From contig JAKANP010000004.1 of assembly GCA_021812345.1 (NCBI GenBank), positions 1 to 59,310 of the forward strand: a DNA stretch of 59,310 nucleotides, given 5' to 3'. The position numbers and the translations under genes were made by a program. This stretch comes from a bacterium. GTDB taxonomy: Bacteria; Patescibacteriota; Minisyncoccia; UBA6257; JAGOQP01. Below are positions 42,827 to 52,356 of this stretch, in pieces. Numbering within the stretch: position 1 is the stretch's first letter; every line of letters begins with the position of its first letter. The notes under the pieces are model-generated. The model made no database searches. It saw only the letters and a list, made by a program, of their open reading frames with translations, and was not told the DNA's origin.

Positions 42827-44095
42827 ATGTTTGTAACCGCTATAGATCTGGGGTCGTCTCAAATAAAAGGAGTTGTTGTGGACGTCAAAAGAGATGGGAC
42901 GGTTGTTGCGGTTAAAACCATAAAGAAAAAATCCGGCGGAATAAAAAAGGGCGAGATCGTCGATGTTGAAGAGGCGGTCAAAGTTCTTTTTGAAATCTTA
43001 AGCGAGATAAAACACTTTGATAAAAAATGTATCAAGAACATTGTTTTTGGAATATCCGGTTCAAAGAGTAAATTTTTAGTTTCTCGAGGTGTGATTTCTA
43101 TTCAACGTCCCGATCTTGAAATTATTTCCGATGATATAGACAGAGTTATCAAGGAATCTTTGGCAATAAATTTTCCTCCCGGTTGGCAAATAATACATTC
43201 TTTTCCAAGAGAGTTTATTATTGACGACATTGAAGTTGATGATGCTAATGTCGTTGGTCTTTCGGGAAGAAAACTCGAAGCTAATGTGGTTTTGATTGCC
43301 ATCTTCTCTTCTATTTATAAAAATTTCACAAAGATGACCAATCTTGTTTTGGGTAAAAAGGCTGACATCGACGGAAGTTTGATTTTTAATCCCATGGCTG
43401 GAGAACGCGCCGTTCTTTCCAAAAGCCAAAAAGAATTAGGGTCGGCTTTAATTGATATCGGATTTGGCACAACATCCCTTTCCGTATTCCAAGACGGTAA
43501 AATATTTTCCACCAAAGTTTTTCCCATAGGCGCCGGGAATATTACTAACGATATTGCTATTGGATTAAAGTGTTCCATTAAAACGGCAGAAGCTATTAAA
43601 ATAACCTCAGGGTGCGCATTTTCAAAAGATGTTTCAACTAAAGAAAAAATAGATTTGAGCCAATTTGAAGAAGGCCAAAGTAAGGAAGTTTCCAAAAGAT
43701 ATATTGCCGAAATAATAGAAGTCAGAGTAAGAGAAATATTCTCATTGGTGAACGAAGAATTAAAAAATCTTGCTAAATCTCAAAAACTTCCTGCCGGAGT
43801 GGTTATTTCCGGTGGAGGTTCAAAGCTTCAGGGGATTTTGGACTTAGCTAAGGAAGAACTGAGGCTTCCTGCTCAGATTGGACTCCCGAATCTTTCGGAG
43901 ATAGAATCTTCTCATGCTCAAATTACTAATGAGCTGGATGATCCTGAGATGGTGGTAGCTTGCGGATTGGCTCTGCAAAAAGTGGATAATCTCAAAAAAG
44001 AAGGTCCATTTAGATTTGCTCAGGGTTCAAATTATTTGATTAGCGAGCCGTGGTATAGAAAAATTATAAAATTATTCACCCCCTCCGAAGATTAA
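42827..44095 (+). CDS. ftsA: Cell division protein FtsA
   Basis: Actin-fold phosphate-1 motif AIDLGSSQIKGVV, ALIDIGFGTTSLSVF and VISGGGSKLQGI. It lies directly upstream of ftsZ. Confidence 0.9.
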   Translation: MFVTAIDLGSSQIKGVVVDVKRDGTVVAVKTIKKKSGGIKKGEIVDVEEAVKVLFEILSEIKHFDKKCIKNIVFGISGSKSKFLVSRGVISIQRPDLEIISDDIDRVIKESLAINFPPGWQIIHSFPREFIIDDIEVDDANVVGLSGRKLEANVVLIAIFSSIYKNFTKMTNLVLGKKADIDGSLIFNPMAGERAVLSKSQKELGSALIDIGFGTTSLSVFQDGKIFSTKVFPIGAGNITNDIAIGLKCSIKTAEAIKITSGCAFSKDVSTKEKIDLSQFEEGQSKEVSKRYIAEIIEVRVREIFSLVNEELKNLAKSQKLPAGVVISGGGSKLQGILDLAKEELRLPAQIGLPNLSEIESSHAQITNELDDPEMVVACGLALQKVDNLKKEGPFRFAQGSNYLISEPWYRKIIKLFTPSED

Positions 44096-44114
44096 TTTTG
44101 TTTTAATTTTAAAT

Positions 44115-45467
44115 ATGAAAAAAAATAATAGAAACTCGGCAAAAAAAATAAAAATTTTCTCCGATAAAAAACAAAAAGAAAAAAAGATAAAAATAAAAAA
44201 GTCCGCGACCCACGGCCATCTTCCGAAAGCGTCAAAAAATATCAACACAAAAAAAGAAAAAACAAAATCGGTATCTTTAGGCAACGTCATCAAAAAAGAA
44301 AAAAATTTGTCGATGCCTAAAATAAAAGTTGTCGGAGTTGGCGGTGGAGGAGGTAATGCCATAACCAGGATGTATGATTATTTTCCAAAAGGAGTTGATT
44401 TGATTGCCGTTAACACCGATGCTCAAGATTTGGAACATTGCAAAGCAAAAAGAAAATTAGTTATCGGAAAACAAATAACTAAGGGTATGGGAGCGGGAAT
44501 GAATCCTGATTTGGGAAAACAGGCGGCTGAAGAAAATAGAGAAGAAATTGCCAACGCTCTTTCGGGAGCCGATATGATTTTTTTAACATCGGGATTTGGA
44601 GGAGGGACCGGAAGCGGAGCAACTCCGATAATCGCCGAGGTGGCTCAAGAGCTGGGAATACTTACCGTTGCCATTGTCACCAAACCTTTTTCTTTCGAGG
44701 GGGTTCAGAGAAATCAAATAGCTCAAGATGCGATAACTAAAGTAAAAGACAGAGTTGATTCTTTAATAATTATTTCCAACGATAAGATTTTTTCGGTGAT
44801 TAATAAAGAAACAACTTTGCACAAAGCTTTTGAGGCGATTGATGAAGTTTTGAAGAATGCGGTTTTGGGTGTGGCGGAATTAATTATCTCTCCGGGAATT
44901 ATTAATGTTGATTTTGCCGATGTTAAATCAATTATGCAAAATTCAGGCGCGTCAATTATAGGGGTGGGGATATCTTCCGGCAAAGAAAGAGCAATAACCG
45001 CTTCCAATATGGCTCTAAACTCTCCTCTTTTGGAAAGCGTTATTGACGGAGCTAAGGGGGTGTTGTTTAGTGTTTCCGGCCATAAAGATCTTAAAATGAA
45101 CGAAATTAATGAGATAGCATCGGCTATTTCAGAGAGCGTGGATCCTTCGGCAAAGATAATTTTTGGAGCTTACCATGACAGGAAATTATCAAAGGGTCAA
45201 ATTAAGGTAACTTTGATAGCTACAGGATTTGGATCGAGTTATGGAAGAAATTATTCTCTATTTTCGGACTTTGAATCCAACATTAAAAGTGGTAGCATAT
45301 TTCAAAACACGGAAGAGAAGCAAAAATTATCCGCAGTTTCCAAAAAAGAAGAAAAAAAAGATAATCAAAATTCATCGTCTTCTAATCAACAGCAGACAGC
45401 CACCGAAGATTCTGAAGAGGAATGGGACATCCCGACATTTTTGAGAAAAAAAGGCAAACGAAGATAA
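44115..45467 (+). CDS. ftsZ: Cell division protein FtsZ with a ~70-aa Lys-rich N-terminal extension
   Basis: GVGGGGGNAI, tubulin signature GGGTGSGATPIIA and NTDAQDL. The conserved core starts only at ~residue 70, after MKKNNRNSAKKIKIFSDKKQKEKKIKIKK.... Confidence 0.93.
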   Translation: MKKNNRNSAKKIKIFSDKKQKEKKIKIKKSATHGHLPKASKNINTKKEKTKSVSLGNVIKKEKNLSMPKIKVVGVGGGGGNAITRMYDYFPKGVDLIAVNTDAQDLEHCKAKRKLVIGKQITKGMGAGMNPDLGKQAAEENREEIANALSGADMIFLTSGFGGGTGSGATPIIAEVAQELGILTVAIVTKPFSFEGVQRNQIAQDAITKVKDRVDSLIIISNDKIFSVINKETTLHKAFEAIDEVLKNAVLGVAELIISPGIINVDFADVKSIMQNSGASIIGVGISSGKERAITASNMALNSPLLESVIDGAKGVLFSVSGHKDLKMNEINEIASAISESVDPSAKIIFGAYHDRKLSKGQIKVTLIATGFGSSYGRNYSLFSDFESNIKSGSIFQNTEEKQKLSAVSKKEEKKDNQNSSSSNQQQTATEDSEEEWDIPTFLRKKGKRR

Positions 45468-45634
45468 TTTTTGCAAGTACGAATAAATAAAAATAAAAGA
45501 TAAAATTAATTTTTTTGTGTTTTTAATTTTTATCCGGAATTTTTAAAAATATTCGTATTTTTTTATTTTTAATTTCCGATTGATTTTTTAGAACCGTAAA
45601 AAGCTTTGTCGCAAAGCAAAAAAATTTTAAAAAA

Positions 45635-48220
45635 ATGATAAAATTTATTTTAAAGCGCAATGGCGCGAAAGTTCCTTTTAATGTTCAAAAAATAACCAAT
45701 GCTGTTTACAACGCATCTTCCGCTGTCGGCCAGGCGGATTGGAAAAAATCGGAAGAGATTACCAAAGAAATTTTGAAAAAGCTTGAACACGGAAAAAAAT
45801 CTCAAATTCCCACAGTTGAAGAAGTGCAGGATATGGTTGAAAAAGTTTTGATAGAAAGCGGGTTGGCAAAAGTTGCCAAAGCTTATATTTTATACAGACA
45901 GCATAGGTATGAAATCAGACAAGAGAAATCTCAGGTCTTAAATAAAAAAGAAATTGACGACGTTGATAAAAAATTCGACGTTAATGCCTTGAGAGTTTTA
46001 GCCTCAAGATATCTTAAAAAAAGCGATGAAGGAAATATAGTTGAATCCCCAAAAGAACTTTTTACCAGAGTTTCTGTTCACGCTACCATCCCGTCTTTGT
46101 TTTACGATGAAAAAATATATAAAAAGAAAGGAACTTCGATTTCAAATTATATTCCGGTTGAATACGATGCTGACAAGCTTGAAGGAAAAATAAAAATAGG
46201 AAAATATTCATTAAATCGTTTTCATATTTCCGCTCTTCTGAGGCTCTATAATAAATTTTATTCTCAAGGAAAAATAAATATAAAATGGAACGCCTTTCTT
46301 AAACTTTTTGAAAATGAATATTTTTCAAAATACGAAAAAGAAATTTCCGAATATTATGAGGTGATGATTTCGAGAAAATTTATGCCCAATACTCCGGCAA
46401 TTGCCAATTTCGGAAATTATTTGGGAATGGGAAGCGCGTGCTTTGTGCTTGGAGTGGAGGATTCCATCGAGGATATAATGGATAAATTAAAAGCCGCTTC
46501 CATCATATTTAAAGCCGGAGGCGGTGTCGGATATAATTTTTCCAAATTGAGACCGGAAGGTGATTATGTCAAAACTACCGGAGGAGTTGCCTCTGGACCT
46601 ATCAGCTTTATGACAATGTTTGATAATATGACGGATGTTATTAAACAGGGAGGAATTAGAAGAGGGGCTAATATGGGCATTTTAAATTCAAATCATCCGG
46701 ATATCTTGAAATTTATTAAATCTAAAGAAGGCAATAAGGCCTTAACCAACTTCAACATCTCAACTTTGATAATGGGAGATTTCTGGAAATATCTTGAAAA
46801 AAAAGAACCTTACCCGTTACTTAATCCCAGAACTAAAAAAATTGTCGCCCACATAGACCCAAAACAATTTTTAGACATCATCGCTTATCAAGCTTGGGAA
46901 TCAGCAGAGCCGGGAGTTATTTTTGAAGACAAGGTTAATGAATACAATCCTTTCTATAAATATCTTGGTCCCATAGTCACCACCAATCCTTGCGGAGAGG
47001 TTTTGCTTTATCCGTTTGAATCGTGTAATTTGGGTTCTCTAAACATCTGGTCTTTTGTTGAACAAAAAAACGGAAGCGCCGCCAAAATGAATTGGGAAGA
47101 ACTGGAAAGAGTTACCAAAATAGCTTCAAGATTTTTGGATAACGTGGTGGATGTAAATTTATATCCTCTTAAGGAAATAGAAGAAATGACTCTTTCAACC
47201 AGGAAGCTCGGTCTTGGAGTGATGGGCGTCGGCGACGCGCTTTATGAGTTGGGACTTCCTTACAACGGAAAATCCGGAGTTGATTTTATGAGCAAGTTGA
47301 TGGAGTCGGTGAATTATTATTCAAAATTGGTTTCGGTTGAACTTGCCAAATCAAGAGGTCCGATGCCTTATTATGAAAAATCATTTTATAAAGAGGGTAA
47401 ACTTCCTTTCTCCGGTTTTTATGATAAGTCTCAATGGCATTTTAAATGGGACGAAATTTCAAAAGATGTAAAAAAACACGGAATCAGAAACGGATACACC
47501 ACCGTCATCGCGCCCACAGGTTCAATTTCCATGATTGCCGGATGTTCTTCCGGAATAGAACCGGTTTACAGCTTGGTTTTTGAAAAACATGTTACCGTCG
47601 GAAATTTTTATTATGTCGATCCTGTTTTTGAAGAAAAAATGCAGAAAGAGGGTTTAATGGACGATGCGTTAATTAAAGAGGTGGCATCTCACAGTGGGAC
47701 GGTAAGGGATCTTTCTTATATTTCGGAAAAATTCAAAAAAGTTTTTGTAACGGCTCACGATATTTCTCCAAAAGATCACATTAGAGCTATGGCCGCCTTT
47801 CAGAAATGGACCGATTCTTCCATTTCCAAAACCAATAATTTTCCGGCAGACGCGACCGTTGAAGATGTCAAAGAGGTTTATTTAATGGCTTATAAATTGG
47901 GTTGTAAAGGGGTGACTGTTTTTAGGGATGGGTCAATTACCAATCAAGTTTTAGTTTCCGGAAAAATTTCAAAAAAGGAAAAATCTTCAAAAAATCAAAA
48001 TGATGGCGAATTGGTTTCAACTAAAGATGAAAAAGCCAAAGGACTTTCCGTTTATAAAGAAGCCTCCGCTTCAATTGACAACAGTTCGGACGGATTGAAT
48101 ATGTCTCCGACCTTAACTTCTTCCGATAATGGTGGCAATGATATCTCTATTGCCGGCGACAAAGAGGATGTTGTTGATTTTACCACTCCAACCGGATGCA
48201 AGGTTTGTAATTTGGGATAA
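45635..48220 (+). CDS. nrdJ: Class II (adenosylcobalamin-dependent) ribonucleotide reductase with N-terminal ATP-cone
   Basis: ATP-cone ILKRNGAKVPFNVQKITNAV; active-site TTNPCGEV; a single large chain of 861 aa; C-terminal Cys pair TGCKVCNLG. Confidence 0.88.
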   Translation: MIKFILKRNGAKVPFNVQKITNAVYNASSAVGQADWKKSEEITKEILKKLEHGKKSQIPTVEEVQDMVEKVLIESGLAKVAKAYILYRQHRYEIRQEKSQVLNKKEIDDVDKKFDVNALRVLASRYLKKSDEGNIVESPKELFTRVSVHATIPSLFYDEKIYKKKGTSISNYIPVEYDADKLEGKIKIGKYSLNRFHISALLRLYNKFYSQGKINIKWNAFLKLFENEYFSKYEKEISEYYEVMISRKFMPNTPAIANFGNYLGMGSACFVLGVEDSIEDIMDKLKAASIIFKAGGGVGYNFSKLRPEGDYVKTTGGVASGPISFMTMFDNMTDVIKQGGIRRGANMGILNSNHPDILKFIKSKEGNKALTNFNISTLIMGDFWKYLEKKEPYPLLNPRTKKIVAHIDPKQFLDIIAYQAWESAEPGVIFEDKVNEYNPFYKYLGPIVTTNPCGEVLLYPFESCNLGSLNIWSFVEQKNGSAAKMNWEELERVTKIASRFLDNVVDVNLYPLKEIEEMTLSTRKLGLGVMGVGDALYELGLPYNGKSGVDFMSKLMESVNYYSKLVSVELAKSRGPMPYYEKSFYKEGKLPFSGFYDKSQWHFKWDEISKDVKKHGIRNGYTTVIAPTGSISMIAGCSSGIEPVYSLVFEKHVTVGNFYYVDPVFEEKMQKEGLMDDALIKEVASHSGTVRDLSYISEKFKKVFVTAHDISPKDHIRAMAAFQKWTDSSISKTNNFPADATVEDVKEVYLMAYKLGCKGVTVFRDGSITNQVLVSGKISKKEKSSKNQNDGELVSTKDEKAKGLSVYKEASASIDNSSDGLNMSPTLTSSDNGGNDISIAGDKEDVVDFTTPTGCKVCNLG

Positions 48221-48297
48221 TCTTTTTAAAAACGGCTTTAATACAAAAAGCCGTTTTTTATTGTGGCAAATTTCGTGTATAATCAAATTTTACAATA

Positions 48298-48726
48298 ATG
48301 ACAAAAACAAAAAAATATTTTTCTTTTTTTCTGTTGCCGCTTTCTTTGATTGGTTTGGTTGATTCCTTTGCCATACATCAAAAAATTTATGGCGGGTATT
48401 ATCTCCCGTGCGTTATCGGAAAAAGTTGCGATATCGTTCTGTATTCAAAGTACTCCACGCTTTTTGGCATTCACTTATCATATTGGGGGTTGGCTTTTTA
48501 TTCTTTTATTTTTATATTGGCCTTATCAAATTTATTTATCGGAAAGAAATTTTTTAGATTTGCTTATTTCTCTTCTATTTTTGCGGGGCTCGCCTTTTCT
48601 TTTTATTTGCTTTATTTACAGATTTTTTTAATCGGCAGTTTGTGTGTTTACTGCGTTATTTCTTTTTCGGATATACTTTTGGCGTCAATTCTTTCATCTA
48701 TTATTATTTTCAGCAAACAAAAATGA
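48298..48726 (+). CDS. Vitamin K epoxide reductase (VKOR) family membrane protein
   Basis: About 4 TM segments. Loop Cys pair CVIGKSCDIV, YSTLFGIHLSYWGLAFY, and CxxC within a TM (SLCVYCVIS). Confidence 0.75.
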   Translation: MTKTKKYFSFFLLPLSLIGLVDSFAIHQKIYGGYYLPCVIGKSCDIVLYSKYSTLFGIHLSYWGLAFYSFIFILALSNLFIGKKFFRFAYFSSIFAGLAFSFYLLYLQIFLIGSLCVYCVISFSDILLASILSSIIIFSKQK

Positions 48727-48786
48727 TAATCAACGATTATTAATCGCATTAATCGTTTGACTTTGAATTTTTGATATAATAATATC

Positions 48787-49026
48787 TTTTTCAGCAACTT
48801 ACGGGGTCTTCGCCCCCATCTTTGTCCGTTGCCGGCAGAGGAAATCATCAAGGGGAATGGATCAACCCCGGCATCAATAAGGTCCGTGGATTTTTCCCGG
48901 GAAAAATCCAGAACGATTCTCCAAAACTGACAACGTGAGGGGGACGAAGACCCCGCCAAAATATATTTTTCAATGCAGTTCGAGTAATTCATAAGGGATG
49001 CGTTTCAAAACGCATCCCGTTTTTTA
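48787..49026 (+). ncRNA. Candidate structured RNA (three-way junction plus terminator) upstream of secD; class unknown
   Basis: Extended -10 TGaTATAAT at 48772-48780. P1 is 48803-48817 GGGGTCTTCGCCCCC pairing with 48939-48954 GGGGGACGAAGACCCC (15 bp, one bulged A), extended by TTGTC/GACAA. P2 is TGCCGG (48830-48835)/CCGGCA (48868-48873). P3 is TGGATTTTT-CCCGGG-AAAAATCCA (48887-48910). The terminator GGGATGCG-TTTCAAAA-CGCATCCC plus T-run ends at ~49026. Confidence 0.5.
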
Positions 49027-49071
49027 TAAATAAACTTGCAATCGTTATTTTTTGTGATAATATTGTTTTTA

Positions 49072-50319
49072 ATGAAAAAACGTTCCGCTTGGGTATTTGT
49101 AATAGTCATTGTTTTAATAAGCGTTTTTGGGGCATTTTTTGTTTATCCAAACAATAAAGTGTTGCCGCAACTGGCATCTTGGAGTCCGTGGCGTTTAGGA
49201 CTTGATTTGGTTGGCGGAACTCATCTCGTTTATAAAATAGATTTTTCAAAAGTTCCCGATGCGAGCAGGTCTGATACTGCTAATGGTTTAAGAGACGTTA
49301 TTGAGCGAAGAGTCAATATGTTCGGGGTTAAAGAGCCGCAAGTAACTGTCGGACAGTCAGGCGCCGATTATTTATTAAATGTTGATTTAGCCGGGATTTC
49401 TGATGTTAATCAGGCGATAAATGAAATCGGGCAAACTCCTTATCTTGATTTCAGATTGGAGGTTCAGAATGGAACCAGCACTCAGTTTATTCCTACCGGT
49501 TTGACCGGACAATATTTGCAATCGGCAAAAATTGATTTTGACCAAACAACCGGAGCTCCCAGAGTTGATCTTTCTTTTAATAGCGACGGAGCGACGATGT
49601 TTGAAAAATTAACCGGCGACAATATCGGCAAAAGAATCGCTATTTTTGTTGATAATAATTTATTAAGCGATCCTGTCGTTCAGGATAAAATTTCGGGAGG
49701 AAACGCGATAATCACCAGTCCGTCATTTACTATTGATTCGGCAAAACAATTAGCGAGCAATTTGAGCGCCGGCGCTTTACCCGCCCCCATATCTTTAATT
49801 GACCAACAAACCGTTGGCGCCAGCTTAGGAAAAGATTCTTTAGATAAATCTATTTTGGCCGGAGTTATCGGAATGATTTTAGTTATGCTCTTTATGATTA
49901 TTTATTACCGCTCGTTTGGAATTTATGCTTCAGTCGCTTTGATTATCTACACGATTTTATCATTATCAATATTTAAACTTTTTGTAACCATGTCTTTGGC
50001 GGGAATTGCCGGATTTTTGCTTTCCATAGGAATGGCGGTGGACGCGAACGTCTTGATTTTTGAACGCACCAAAGAGGAATTAAGAAGAGGTCTTTCCAGA
50101 ACCGTTGCCATAAAAGAAGGATTTAAACGGGCCTGGCCATCAATTCGCGACTCAAACGTTTCCACTATAATTACCACCTTGATTCTTTACAATTTAACCT
50201 CCAGCTTTGTTAAGGGATTGGCATTAACATTGCTTCTCGGTGTTTTGGTCAGCATGTTTACGGCTATTACCGTTACCAGAAATTTAATGACTGTTTTTGT
50301 TAAAGATAAAACCCAATAA
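49072..50319 (+). CDS. secD: Protein translocase subunit SecD
   Basis: Start set at ATG 49072 (MKKRSAWVFVIVIVLISVFGAFFVYP), downstream of the terminator. Periplasmic domain with LGLDLVGGTHLVY. C-terminal 5-6 TM with LAGIAGFLLSIGMAVDANVLIFERTKEE. Confidence 0.9.
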   Translation: MKKRSAWVFVIVIVLISVFGAFFVYPNNKVLPQLASWSPWRLGLDLVGGTHLVYKIDFSKVPDASRSDTANGLRDVIERRVNMFGVKEPQVTVGQSGADYLLNVDLAGISDVNQAINEIGQTPYLDFRLEVQNGTSTQFIPTGLTGQYLQSAKIDFDQTTGAPRVDLSFNSDGATMFEKLTGDNIGKRIAIFVDNNLLSDPVVQDKISGGNAIITSPSFTIDSAKQLASNLSAGALPAPISLIDQQTVGASLGKDSLDKSILAGVIGMILVMLFMIIYYRSFGIYASVALIIYTILSLSIFKLFVTMSLAGIAGFLLSIGMAVDANVLIFERTKEELRRGLSRTVAIKEGFKRAWPSIRDSNVSTIITTLILYNLTSSFVKGLALTLLLGVLVSMFTAITVTRNLMTVFVKDKTQ

Positions 50320-50321
50320 AT

Positions 50322-51218
50322 ATGAATATTATCGGACATAAAAAAATATTTTTAACATTCTCGCTGATTTTAGTCGTAATCAGTTTAGTTTGTATAGTTA
50401 TGTTTGGATTTAAGCCGGCAATAGATTTTACCGGAGGCACTTTATGGCAGATAAAAATCGGCGACCCGACCGTGAGCGATAGCGCTTTGCAAAACGCTTT
50501 CGTTTCTTTTGGCGCCAAAGATCCGATAATTTACAAAGATTTAACCTCCGATAGTTTTATGGTAAAGCTTCAAAATGTTTCCGAAGCCGACCATCAGTCA
50601 TACTTAAAATCATTGGAACAAAAATTTTCTCAAGTTCAGGAACTTAAATTTGAAAGTATCGGTCCGACTATCGGCAGTCAGCTTAAAAGTCGCGCCATCT
50701 GGGCGATAATTTTAGTTCTTATTGGAATTTCTTTATATATTGCTTTTGCTTTCAGAAAAGCGTCTTATCCGGTTCAATCATGGAAATATGGCATAGCGAC
50801 ATTAATCGCCTTAACTCATGATGTTGTTATCCCATCGGGAGTGATTGCGGCTATGGGGCATTTTGCCGGAGTTGAAATGGATACTAATTTTGTCGTGGCG
50901 CTTTTGGTTATTATGGGATTTTCGGTCCACGACACAATTGTTGTTTTTGATAGAATAAGAGAGAATCTTTTAACCAGAAAAGGAAGCAGGGGGTTTGACG
51001 AAATCGTCAACGACAGCGTTGTCCAAACTATTGCCCGTTCCATTAATACTTCATTGACGTTAATTTTAGTTTTAACGGCGATGCTTATTTTTGGAGCTCC
51101 AACCCTTAAGCTTTTTGTTTTGATTATGCTCATAGGCGTCATTTTTGGAACCTATTCTTCAATTTTCATTGCCAGTCCGATATTGACAATTTGGCATAAG
51201 TTTGGTAAAAATAAGTAG
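50322..51218 (+). CDS. secF: Protein translocase subunit SecF
   Basis: IDFTGGTLWQI, then TM domain with HDTIVVFDRIREN. It lies adjacent to secD. Confidence 0.9.
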   Translation: MNIIGHKKIFLTFSLILVVISLVCIVMFGFKPAIDFTGGTLWQIKIGDPTVSDSALQNAFVSFGAKDPIIYKDLTSDSFMVKLQNVSEADHQSYLKSLEQKFSQVQELKFESIGPTIGSQLKSRAIWAIILVLIGISLYIAFAFRKASYPVQSWKYGIATLIALTHDVVIPSGVIAAMGHFAGVEMDTNFVVALLVIMGFSVHDTIVVFDRIRENLLTRKGSRGFDEIVNDSVVQTIARSINTSLTLILVLTAMLIFGAPTLKLFVLIMLIGVIFGTYSSIFIASPILTIWHKFGKNK

Positions 51219-51231
51219 AAAATAAGCCAAA

Positions 51232-52260
51232 ATGTTTTTAAAAGATATATTAAACAATTTAGTTGGAAGTCTTTCCAAACGCCAAAAAGAAATAATTACC
51301 CAACGCTTTGGGCTTTTTGAGAGTAAGCCGAAAACATTAGCCGCCTTGGGCGATAAATATGGAATTACCCGCGAAAGAGTCCGTCAAATAGAGTCGGGAG
51401 CTTTGCGTTCTCTTTTAAAAATTTCTGAAAATAACAAAGAAATTAAATCAATTTATCAAAAATCGCTTAATCATATAAAAAGTCTTGGAGGAGTGAGACG
51501 AGCCGATTTATTAATTCAGGATTTAAAATTTGTTCTTTCGGATAAAAATTTAAAATCTTCCGAAATAGAACTTTTATTTTCCATATTTAAATCTCCGGTA
51601 ATATTTCAAGAAAACAGAGAATTTTATTCTTTTTGGTATATTTCAGCCGAAGATTTGAAATCAAATAAAGAATTTATTTCCAAAGTTGCCAAGAGTCTTA
51701 AAAATAAAAAAGAAGAAATTATTTCCAAGAAAAAATTTGACGAGCTTTTTTATCAGACCGTTAAAAGTCATTCAATTTTGGATAATGTTGCAGCTAATTT
51801 CATTTTGAATTCAAAAATATTTTCCGCCAATCCTTATGGAGATTTTGGCTTGGCCGAATGGCCGGAAATTGTTCCTAAAACAATCAGAGATAAATCGTAT
51901 TTAATACTCAAGAAAAAGGAATCCCCGATGCATTTTAGAAAAATTGCCGAAGAAATAAATAGAATAAGATTTGATTCCAAAAAAGCTCATTCTCAAACGG
52001 TTCATAACGAATTAATTAAAGATCCGAGATTTGTTCTTGTCGGAAGAGGACTCTATGGTCTTAAGGAAAATGGATATGAAACCGGTACAGCAAAGGATGT
52101 TATTTCAAAAATATTGAAAGAAAATGGACCCTTGTCTTTTGACAAAATAGTTCAGCTGGTTTCCGAGCAGAGGATATTGAAGCAAAATACTATTTTGCTT
52201 AATCTGCAAAATAAAAAATATTTCAAGAAAATTGACGGAGGATTATATCATATTGCCTAG
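51232..52260 (+). CDS. Sigma-70 region 4-like HTH protein with a C-terminal HARE-HTH-like domain
   Basis: The N-terminus RQKEIITQRFGL...TLAALGDKYGITRERVRQIESGALRSL is a region 4.2-type HTH. The C-terminus MHFRKIAEEI...VHNELIKDPRFVLVGRGLYGL resembles the RNAP delta/HARE-HTH fold. No sigma region 2 is present. Confidence 0.65.
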   Translation: MFLKDILNNLVGSLSKRQKEIITQRFGLFESKPKTLAALGDKYGITRERVRQIESGALRSLLKISENNKEIKSIYQKSLNHIKSLGGVRRADLLIQDLKFVLSDKNLKSSEIELLFSIFKSPVIFQENREFYSFWYISAEDLKSNKEFISKVAKSLKNKKEEIISKKKFDELFYQTVKSHSILDNVAANFILNSKIFSANPYGDFGLAEWPEIVPKTIRDKSYLILKKKESPMHFRKIAEEINRIRFDSKKAHSQTVHNELIKDPRFVLVGRGLYGLKENGYETGTAKDVISKILKENGPLSFDKIVQLVSEQRILKQNTILLNLQNKKYFKKIDGGLYHIA

Positions 52261-52356
52261 TCAAAAAGTTGATTATTTTTTTGGACTTTTTATAACGCAG
52301 GAACTTTAAAAAAATGCTTTAAGCTGGTATTCTTTATATATATTCATTTTAAATCA

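Noticed and set aside
44072-44362. 96-aa minus-strand ORF across the ftsA/ftsZ junction
   Set aside because: It is antisense to the A-rich Lys-coding 5' end of ftsZ, which yields a Phe-rich artefact (FFIFIFFSFCFL...). It has no independent signals.
45468-45634. Looked for a cobalamin riboswitch or NrdR boxes upstream of nrdJ
   Set aside because: The spacer is almost pure A/T. It has no B12-box-like GCCACTG core and no ACACWATATWTGTGT-type palindromes. It has only an 8-bp inverted repeat (TACGAATA/TATTCGTA) and a small hairpin GCTTTG-TCG-CAAAGC, which is too little to call.
48803-48954. Tried to assign the secD-upstream RNA to SRP (4.5S), 6S, tmRNA, RNase P, ydaO (c-di-AMP) or ykkC (guanidine) families
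   Set aside because: No GGAA-tetraloop/AGCAGC SRP helix-8 motif is present, and it is too short for RNase P or tmRNA. It lacks the ydaO 3' consensus I remember. Only loose similarity (GGTCCG..., CCCGGGA) to ykkC is visible, and 6S cannot be judged from sequence alone. The class is left unknown.
48648-48992. 114-aa minus-strand ORF covering the structured RNA upstream of secD
   Set aside because: It lies exactly over the GC-rich helices and has no RBS or promoter on that strand. The terminator orientation fits a + strand transcript.
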